From Podarcis liolepis (taxonomy: Eukaryota): a stretch of 64,000 nt of DNA. This document shows, one piece after another, positions 55,091 through 64,000 of the stretch. How positions within the stretch are numbered: the stretch's first letter is position 1; each line of letters opens with the position of its first letter. A program made the position numbers and the translations under genes. The stretch is taken from NCBI GenBank assembly GCA_965112155.1, contig OZ218103.1; one strand, written 5' to 3'. Below the pieces are notes generated by a model. It saw nothing but the letters and a program-made list of their open reading frames with translations. It made no database searches and was not told where the DNA came from.

Positions 55091-55469
55091 AGGAATTTTT
55101 TTATAGTAACTACTAGGTAATATTACCAAGTTTTCTTCATTCCAGCGTTCTCAGAGATATTAAGTAACTAAGTTCTAATTTAATGGAACACCAAAATCTT
55201 ATTTATGTCTGTCTGCCTAAGGCTGCAATCCTGTATGCAATGTACACACTTGAAGTAAGATCTAGTGAACATGTATAGACATGAATAGGATTGCACTCTA
55301 GGTTTGCAAGGGCATCTATCCTGAGACTGGAATAATCTATAGATAAATATAAGCAAGACCTACACTTTGCTTTTGCTTGGAAACATATACCCCTGCCCAC
55401 CTGACCAATTATCCTTAGAAGAGTTCTGTGCCACTTGAAAGCTTACGTACTGCGTTATGAAGACTGGTA

Positions 55470-55825
55470 AAAGGTAAAGGTACCCCTGCCCGTACGGGCC
55501 AGTCTTGACAGACTCTAGGGTTGTGCGCTCATCTCACTTAAGAGGCCGGGAGCCAGCGCTGTCCGCAGACACTTCCGGGTCACGTGGCCAGCGTGACAAG
55601 CTGCATCTGGCGAGCCAGCACAGCACACGGAACGCCGTTTACCTTCCCGCTGGTAAGCGGTCCCTATTTATCTACTTGCACCCGGGGATGCTTTCAAACT
55701 GCTAGGTTGGCAGGCGCTGGGACCGAACGACGGGAGCACACCCCGCCGCGGGGATTCGAACTGCCGACCTGACAATCGGCAAGTCCTAGGCGCTGAGGTT
55801 TTACCCACAGCGCCACCCGCGTCCC
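55470..55825 (-). mobile_element. Full-length Sauria SINE (lacertid type)
   Basis: Minus strand starts GGGACGCGGGTGGCGCTGTGGG; box B GTTCGAATCC; (ACCTTT)n tail; flanking AGACTGGTA direct repeat (55461-55469, 55830-55838); CpG-rich, so probably young. Confidence 0.9.
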
Positions 55826-56670
55826 TGGTAGACTGGTAGAGATTACTAAAAACGTAAAATGTCTGTTATAAATGACTGCACAGTTAGGTGTGTTATGGCT
55901 CTTCAAAAAAAAAAGTGCATCTAAGTTCCTAGAACATTCAGAAGTTGTGATGTGAAAATGGGTTTATGGTTGTTGTGTAGAAATAGAATGAAGCAAAATA
56001 AATGAGTTAATAAAATAATAGCAGTGGTTGCTGAAAACTGCAGATTTGTTTCTCCTTTCCTTCCCCCTCCCCTGCTCTTGCTTGGAAACAGGTTCTAATT
56101 AAGGCACCGTTTGTTAGATGAGTTTATTTTCCAATTCCCGAGCCAAAAGACGAGAGAGAGAGAGATGTTACTTCATGGAAAGTGAGGAATAGCAAAAACA
56201 TTTCTGACTAGAATCCAATATACCTCTCCTCCCTCCTCTTCTTCGAGTTTCTATAACCTCTTCGGCAGTGGTTTTGGAGGCTGTTAATTTAACATGATGG
56301 AACAGCAAAGGAAACAGAAAGCCATCAATGTTCGAAGCAACTATGTAGTGTGCATAAAGGTTTGTGTTCCCTGACAGTGGTTCTATCTCCCTATTCATGT
56401 GGTAAGCAAACCTCAGATTGGGACCTAATCCCAGCTGTGTAAATCAAAGAGATTTGCTGAAGTGAGTTTATGACCTCAGTTCCTCCTTCAGCTAATTTCC
56501 TGAATTTTCCAAATGATCAGATTGGAAGCGGCACTCCTTAAACCACTTGTTTCTGGTTAGCCTGACACCCTGCATCTCTACACCAGCATCTCCACTAAAC
56601 CAATACTTCTTCACACCCTTGGGTGCTACCTCACAACTGGGGCTTCACTCCTTTCAATAGCAAGTAGCCC

Positions 56671-56686
56671 CCACCAGAGGGCACTA
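56671..56686 (+). promoter_or_regulatory. CTCF motif match
   Basis: CCACCAGAGGGCACTA fits the CTCF core consensus. Confidence 0.6.
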
Positions 56687-59600
56687 TGTCGACTCAAGAA
56701 AATATCCTGTTTTGTTTCCGCTCAAATTCTCCCTGCCAATGGTACCTTAAAGGCGATCCTTTGTCTGGCCTATCATATGAATGGGAAAGTGTGTACTGAA
56801 ACAGCACAATGTGTTGCTGGTAGAAGGGTGAATTTTAGTGGAGTGGGACAGAGTTGACATGGTCAGGCTCGACTTAGAGATGCCCTGGGCTGAACTGGTT
56901 TTGTCACTCTAACAAAATAAGGCCTTTCCCCCTCCATCCACCCAAAATACAGACTGGCATAGCTTTGACACAGCAGGCTACACCTGAACCATGGCAACTT
57001 TTCAGGCCTGCCTTGGCACAGAAGATGGGGAACTGGGCAACGCTTGACAGCCAACTGGAACGCAAACTGCTTATATTGCGATTTTTGCCTGGGGGAAAGG
57101 CCTGTGTTTTAACTAAATAGCAAATGGGGAGTTTGGTGGGAGGCAGTGCTGCAGATTAGTTCCAGATGTCCCCAGTGACGTATGGATATGTGTGTGCGTC
57201 TCTTCTCTTGTTGCATTTGCTTAGCAGCTGTGGCTTGACATTGCTTTCAGTCCAAAGCCAACATCCGTCTGGAGGGGCTTTGGGTATCTCATTCCTTTGC
57301 CTGGTTACTTGCAGCACAGAAGTCCCATAGTAGTTCCTCTCCATCTTTCTCCTTTCTCTCTCCTCTCTTCCTGCTCTCTCTCTCTCACTCTCTCTCCCAC
57401 CCCCACCCCCACCTCTTACTGCTGGCATCACTACAAGTCTCATTTCCTGCTTGCCAGAACGAAAGTCAAAACTATTCAGGATGCGAATGGAGGGTGTGTG
57501 TGTAGCTTTTACTGGCCCACCCTGAGGAGGCTCCCTGTCCACACCCACTGCGTGCCGGCCAGCTTTATATATACAGGTGCAAAGTCTTCCCAGAATGCCG
57601 AGTGGCTGCCAAGAGTGCTGTGGAAAATAGTACCAACAATTCTCCTTCTGTAAAGGAGGGAAGACAGAGAGGCTGGGAGCCTAAAGATCAGAAGATGGTG
57701 GGCTAGGTCTGGCTTGAAGCCAATAGGTCTCCATGGCTTTCTCTGGCCTCTAGTGCTTGGGGGCAAAGGGGAGAACATTCATGTTTTATTATGGACTTGA
57801 GGGATGAACCTTAAATTATTTTGTGGGCTCCCACCCCACTGCCATCCCAAAGCATTATACTGTCACAGACCACAGTATAACCACAATAAACTGAGAATAC
57901 CAGTGACTGAAATGTTACGAGGATACAGCAGTGTTGCTGTTTGTATGATACTGTATTGCCCTAGATTGAGGTGGCTGAATGAGCTGTTTGTAAATTATGC
58001 TTAATGCTGCCAGAGATTTTTTGTACGCTTTGCAACAAATGGTTGGCTGGGGATTAGTTGTGTTATCTGTATGGGTGGCGGGAATGTTTGAGAGTAAGGT
58101 ATGTGTGTTGAAGATGGCTAAGAATGCATTTGTAGCAGGGTATGGTGTGTGTGTATGTGCGCGCGCGCACGTACGCAACTTCTATTTCATTTATTTTGTT
58201 TCTAATGATACTGTTTCTGTGAAGTTTTTTTAAATTACTATTATCTATTTTTTATGTTTAAAATAACATTTTGTTATCCCATTAACCATTCTGCTTTAAT
58301 ATAGTATTTTCTATTTGACCTTCATTTTACATGTTTTGATATTTTAAAATATTCTATTTGAAGTTTTAAGATAGATTGGAAACTGCTTTGAGCTATTTTT
58401 TTTAAATATAAAGTGAAATAGAAATGAATTAAATAAATAAAAATAATTTTGTTGAACAGGGAAGGGGGGGAGGAGACAGAGATTCCATATTTGTTGAAAG
58501 GATTCTATGCTAATGATTTATTCTCTCTGTACTAGAAAGCCAGTCTTGCAGTGTACAGTGTTAGGTGCCAGTGGGCTTCCTCCTAAGAAAAATGGCCCCA
58601 TCATTTCAAAATGGGGGAGGAGGGCATTGACAGGTATTTTTAAAACTTCAGGCACTGGTCTGTGACTTGCCTTAGTGCACCCTTCCCCAATCTGATGCCT
58701 TCTAGACATGCATCTGGGTGGGAGAAGGCTGGGGAAGTGCTGATTGAGGCTGATGGGAGCTGTAGTCCAAAATGTCTGGAATGCACCAGAATACTGTCTT
58801 AGTACAGGCAGCATACATAGAAAAGCCAGGATCTGTGAATGCCTGGATCTGACACCTATGCAGCCCACCCACACTCCTCATTTGGCAGAGGATTCTTGGC
58901 TGCTGCAAGCAATGATTCTGGCTGGCTTGATGGTATGTTTCCACCATCTTCACTGAGCCAAGAAAGATTTATCTTTTCTAGGAATATGGGGTGGTGGGAG
59001 GCATGGAAGCCCTGGATGAATCACAGAAGGAATGAAAGGAGCTCAACTCTCCAGACACCATGGATTCAAAGCACAGTAGAAGTAGAAAATTCTACATGAG
59101 AAGGAACAGCACATGTGGAATATTATTCTCTTTGCCTGCCCCTGCCCTGCAACAGTGTAGGACACTTGAGGAATATAGGAATATGGTTTGGTTGGTTGGC
59201 TGGCTGGCTGGTGGCTTTCTAGACATTTTCCTTTCCTTCTTTTCCCTGCCATTGGAATCAACATTTGTTGATCTTCACTCAACTCCACAACCCAGAGGCA
59301 GCAGAGCTTTTCTTTTCTTTATTTTCTGGCTCTTTTAATAACTTTTGGATCAGAAAAATTGTGAGGGGGGAGAGGGTTTTTTTATTTTAAAAAAACAACT
59401 CGTCCCACAGCACCATAAACCAGATCCAAATTGAATCTCCAGTAAACCACCTGGCCTCTTAGTTGGAATAGCAGCTGTACTAGAGTGAGCCCTTATTTAT
59501 CAATGGGTTTATAGTACATGGATAAATTCTATCCTGTGTAGTTACTTCCATCAGAAATCACAGTACAATGCTCATCTCAGATAAGTTAAAGCATCAGAGG

Positions 59601-59713
59601 CATTCTCTTGGACTTGCTCATTGAGAATGCATTGTCCTCCTTGTGTATATCAAAATAACCTTCAGTTTTGAACCTGTTGTGCAGAAACAGGGAAGTTTTG
59701 AGACTGGGAGGAT

Positions 59714-59715
<2 letters not shown>

Positions 59716-59753
<38 letters not shown>
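59716..59753. repeat. (GT)19 microsatellite
   Basis: Direct reading. Confidence 0.97.
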
Positions 59754-59755
<2 letters not shown>

Positions 59756-60641
59756 CCCGCCCTTTTCCCAATCATTAAAACAACAAATCCAGCTCGAAGT
59801 TGGGAGTAGATTAAACAATAAAGCAATAAAGAATCATAAAACATTAGTGACAGTGATTACAAAATTATATTGTGAGATTAGAATGACTAAAAGCTTGAGT
59901 AAATAACCAGGTTTTAACCTGATGGCTGCATGCCAATGAAGATGATGCCAGGCAGATCTCAGAGGGAGGGTGTTCCACAAGTGGGAGCTTTTCTTAGTTT
60001 TGCTGCTGTTTTATTGTGCCCTCTCAACAGGAGAAAAACTATGTGAGTTTGGGACTGTGTCTACCTCAGTGCCCCTTCATTTTTTTTGGTAGAATGTCCA
60101 TTTTACAGTTGGGAAAAAGAGGAAAGAAGCAGAGAGCTGTTGATTTGCCCTTGTCAGCATTGTTGCATTGAGTATAGATAACCAGTGATGGCAAATATAA
60201 AGAAAAGTATTGATGTAGCTTTGGTAGTGAGTGAAGAAGCACATACATAACATCAGTTTCTTATACCGAAAATATTACTGTACAGATTTCCTTGAGAAAG
60301 TGGTGTATGGGACCTGCTAACTTGGATGCTTTGTCCTTGCACACTGTTTCTCCATAAGGAAGAAGACTGCCTGTGAAATGCTACCCCTGAACTTTGAGCT
60401 ACAATACAAGTGAGTCTGGTTAATAATTGCAGCCCAAAATAGGCAAAGCACTTAAAATACTCAGAATACCCCTTAAGTGCCAGTGGAGAGCTCAGTCACA
60501 ATATCAGAAAAAAGATTGGAATGGCAATTCTTTTCTCGCCCCATATTTTACTTTACATATGGAAACTGTTGGAGTATATTGCAACAGAGTGAAGAAATAG
60601 CCTGAGACTGCTGGTTAAAATAATAAAAAGTAAGGTTTATT

Positions 60642-61184
60642 TTTATATGCCTGTTGTATTTGTCCATGGAGTTTTCTTAGCAGGGACACTGGAGTGGCTT
60701 GCCAGTTCCTGCTCCAGGTGGATCATGTTTAGTCAAAACTCTCCACTATGACCTATCCATCTTGGGTGGCATAGCTCATAGCTTCTCTGAGTTGTTCAAG
60801 CCCCTTCACCACAACAAGGCTGAAGAATTGATGCTTTGGAATTATGGTGCTGGAGGAGACTCTTGACTGCAAGAATATCAAATTTCTGAAGGAAATCAGC
60901 CCTGAGTGTTCACTAGAAGGACAGATCCTGAAGCTGAGGCTCCAATACTTCGGCCGCATCGTGAGAAGAGAAGCCTCCCTGGAAAAGACCCTGATGCTGG
61001 GAAAGATTGAGGGCACAAGGAGAAGGGGACGACAGAGGACGAGATGGCTGGACAGTGTTCTCGAAGCTACCAGCATGAGTTCGACCAAACTGCGGGAGGC
61101 AGTGGAAGACAGGAGTGCCTGGTGTGCTCTGGTCCATGGGGTCACAAAGAGTCGGACACGACTAAACGACTAAACAACAACAAC
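60642..61184 (+). mobile_element. BovB (RTE) LINE insertion: inverted 5' segment plus sense 3' end
   Basis: 60800-61184 encodes ..ISPECSLEGQILKLRLQYFG..SLEKTLMLGKIEG.RRRGRQR.RWLD..VHGVTKSRTRL and ends in a (CAA)n tail; 60642-60800 is antisense to the BovB 5' region; 10-bp TSD AAGGTTTATT. Confidence 0.9.
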
Positions 61185-61819
61185 AAGGTTTATTACTCTT
61201 GACAAACAAAGCTATTCTGAATTTAGGCTTACATGTAGTCATTGGGGAGTCATCGGGTTCAGAGAACCAGCACTAACACTGAAGGAGGCGAAGGAGGCAA
61301 CTAAAGTTTGAGAAACAACCTACATATCAGCAAGTAATTACTGAACAAGAAATCAGCAAGGGAAGAATAGATTGCCTTTCTATCATGCACCCCACCTACC
61401 CACTGGTACAGGTAACTTATTAGACACATTGTTGCTTTACTCCCAACAGAAACAACCTTGGTACTGTCCAAACTCCTGCAGTTAATTAATGGCAAGAACA
61501 AGCATCCGTTCTTGCTTGTTTGGGAATATGAGCATTGGGTGGAATTTGGCATCACACCAATACAATAGTTGTGTCAGTGCAAGCATTTCTACTTGCCAGA
61601 TGAAATGATGGGCATTTCCATTTGCTGTTCTGGGAGTTCTCAGAGTGGATTTGCTGGAGGTGCAGGGAGGAAAGCCCTGTTGCACTAGCAGCAGTCTTGC
61701 ATTGGCTTCCAGTAGCGCACCAGGGTGGTTGAATGTGGACCACTGTGTGATGGGTGGGCACTATAAGGGTGAGTGAGAAAGATTTATTTGTATATAAAAC
61801 GATGAGAAAGAATCTCTAA

Positions 61820-61905
61820 GGCTGCAATCCTGTACCCACTTACCTGGGAGTAAGTCCTTTTGAATTCAGTGGGGCTTATTTATGAATAGTTGTATATTGG
61901 ATTGG
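61820..61905. mobile_element. Short palindromic MITE-like dispersed repeat
   Basis: GGCTGCAATCCTGTACCCACTTACCTGGGAGTAAGTCC...GGATTG; decayed copies at ~7880-7965, ~12220-12315, ~46160-46225 and ~55221-55297. Confidence 0.65.
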
Positions 61906-62986
61906 ATTGCTAGTCAGGTGCTGGTAGGCTTCAGGCTTGTGGGATCTGCTAGAACACCAAGTTCTACCAAACAGAAACACAAGCAATCTGGTGGCTTGGG
62001 TTGGAGCCAATTGACTCACAAAATGTAGACTGGAATGACCCGTTTATACAGGTGCAGATCTACATATCAGTTTATTTCTAATTTAGGGAGGAAAAGCCTT
62101 CTGTTAAACAACAGAGTTGGAAGTCCATGCTAATCTAACTACAGATCGACCTGCCCATTCCTGACAGTGCCACCGTTTGGCAGTCTTTGAGTTATGATAA
62201 TGCATATTTTCCTCACCAGCTTCAGAAAAGGGAAGTTGTGTGAGAGCGCTTTACCGTGAGGTCAAAGCAATTTGCCTGTCTTTTCTTTTTTCACATTCAA
62301 GCTCAAAATCATAGAAAATGATGGGATTTTTGTTGTTGTCTTTAATAAATAAAAGCAAGTTATTCTCTCTGATGACGGATGAAAAGGTGACAGGCTGTCT
62401 CCCTGGATGCTATTGCAGCTTCCCAAAATAACTCCAATCCTCAGCTAAATGAATGCTGCTAGACAACTCATGGAAAGTGTGTTGGCATTGGCTGAACCCG
62501 CCACTCGCAAGAAGTGGCTGCTTCATCTCCCAAGTGTTGCTGCCCAGTTGTGCTATTTTTAAAACAGGGAAAGCTCCTATCTGCGAATGGGACAATAGAT
62601 GCAGCTGAAGGAGATGAGGGTGAGGGCCTCTGTGTGGGTTTCACTTTCTTTTAATAACGTGTGAAACAAACCCCCCACTTGGTTACAAAGCCTGGATACC
62701 AGGCAGCCCTGCTGCAGTATCCAGAATCAGAATGCTAACAGCAGCAACCCACAGCATCCTCCCTGGTTTCTTTGGAATCATGCCCATGTCAGTGCACAGA
62801 GGCTGCCGTGGGTGCCTTGCTTAATCAGAGCAAAAGATATTGGTGGCAAAGTGGAACAGAAATTTTAGGTAACAAATTCCAATAGCCCCGATAGGAGGGA
62901 GCGGGAAGTGTGTGTAGAGGAGATGAGTTGTAGAAAAGTTTGAAAATGAAAATAAATGAAATATGAAATCAGCAAAATTGTGTATT

Positions 62987-62988
<2 letters not shown>

Positions 62989-63029
<41 letters not shown>

Positions 63030-63030
63030 C
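62989..63030. repeat. (GT)16(GC)5 alternating purine-pyrimidine tract
   Basis: Direct reading. Confidence 0.95.
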
Positions 63031-63382
63031 TGAACTTGCAACTGAGCTGTACCATCACACGATCAAATTTGGACTTGTGTCTGAATGGAGAGCCTGCCTA
63101 AATGTGCATTTATTAAACCTGCTTTCCTGCTATATCTCACAGGCTGTGGGGATCATGAGAGACATATTTTTTCAATGAACAAGATACAAGTGTGTTATTG
63201 CTTAATGGGAAAGTTTAGGGATTACTTAAACTGAAAACATGTGACCTCCCCATGGCGGACAAGCTCTTCTTACTTCTTGCCAACTTCCCCTTGGCTCTTT
63301 GCTTCCTCCACCTCTGATGCTATTGGGTAACTTGCTCTGATGGCATGGATAGCGCTTGGCACATTGAGGTGTAATGGCTCAA

Positions 63383-63535
63383 CAAGGAGCCAATACCAGC
63401 TGTGGCCTCTTAGGTCAACAATGAAGGCATGAGTTTAAATCCCAGGCCATAGGGAAAGACTAATTTTTGTTGGTGGGATTTAAACTCATGCCTCCATTTT
63501 TGGCCTAAGAAGCCACACCTGGCATTGGTTCCTTG
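63383..63535. repeat. Long inverted repeat (62-bp arms, 29-bp spacer)
   Basis: 63383-63444 is the reverse complement of 63474-63535 with 7 mismatches. Confidence 0.9.
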
Positions 63536-63983
63536 ATGACTCTCTTCTTAGGAAGGCTGATGGCCAGGTCCTCTTCCCACTTTGAACAGCAGGTAGGGAG
63601 CAGCACTTTTGAATCTACGTACGTCCCTTCCTGCACTTATAGTGATAGCTGTGATGCTTTTGGGCTTCATGTACGGAAGAGCTGAGAGGAACTGTCAGGA
63701 CAATTTGTGAAATTCTTTTCCTTCCTTGGAAGTTGCATGTAGGAGGGTTAAAGGCACAATAAGATTTCCATGTGCCCTTAAGTGTATTTCTTAACCAATT
63801 ATTTATTGATGAGCAGAAACATCTTTTGAAGCTGCATCTAGGGGTTACATAACACCATCAGCAGATCACTTGCTAAAGAATTGCTATCACGCAACAGACT
63901 TTGGCTCTGTCATCTCTAGAGTCTTTGTTTCTCTTATTTACCAGTTAGGCAAATTGGATAAAGGAGGTGCTATGTGTTAGAAT

Positions 63984-64000
63984 GGGACACGGGTGGCGCT
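63984..64000 (+). mobile_element. 5' start of another Sauria SINE (continues beyond the window)
   Basis: GGGACACGGGTGGCGCT matches 16/17 of the 5' end of the copy at 55825. Confidence 0.7.

Noticed and set aside
60753-61173. 109-130 aa ORFs as host genes
   Set aside because: BovB ORF remnant and its antisense shadow.

Overview
Eukaryotic (vertebrate) genomic DNA. It is a squamate reptile, most likely a lacertid lizard, judging from Sauria-type SINEs, BovB, CR1 and CAGTGGTACC-ended Tigger/pogo-like elements. Bases 178-30239 (+) hold the last 20 coding exons of MAST2 (microtubule-associated Ser/Thr kinase 2): the end of DUF1908, the AGC kinase domain, the PDZ domain and a long terminal exon. 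All have GT-AG boundaries and phases that join into one open 5016-nt frame (1671 aa + stop); the 5' exons lie upstream of the window. There is a 133-N assembly gap at 5818-5950. The remaining ~33 kb has no recognisable coding exon and consists of transposon relics, microsatellites and candidate regulatory sequence. I found no convincing new multi-gene system. The most unusual observations are: (1) a TSD-bounded BovB insertion with an inverted 5' piece, as expected from twin priming; (2) a solo LTR whose reading frame is open from its second base and encodes an Arg-rich peptide; (3) a young, hairpin-packed Tigger-like element in a MAST2 intron; (4) an apparently shifted MAST2 splice donor; (5) a co-oriented set of CTCF motifs downstream of MAST2. 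Repeat family names and comparisons with mammalian MAST2 come from recall, not from database searches.
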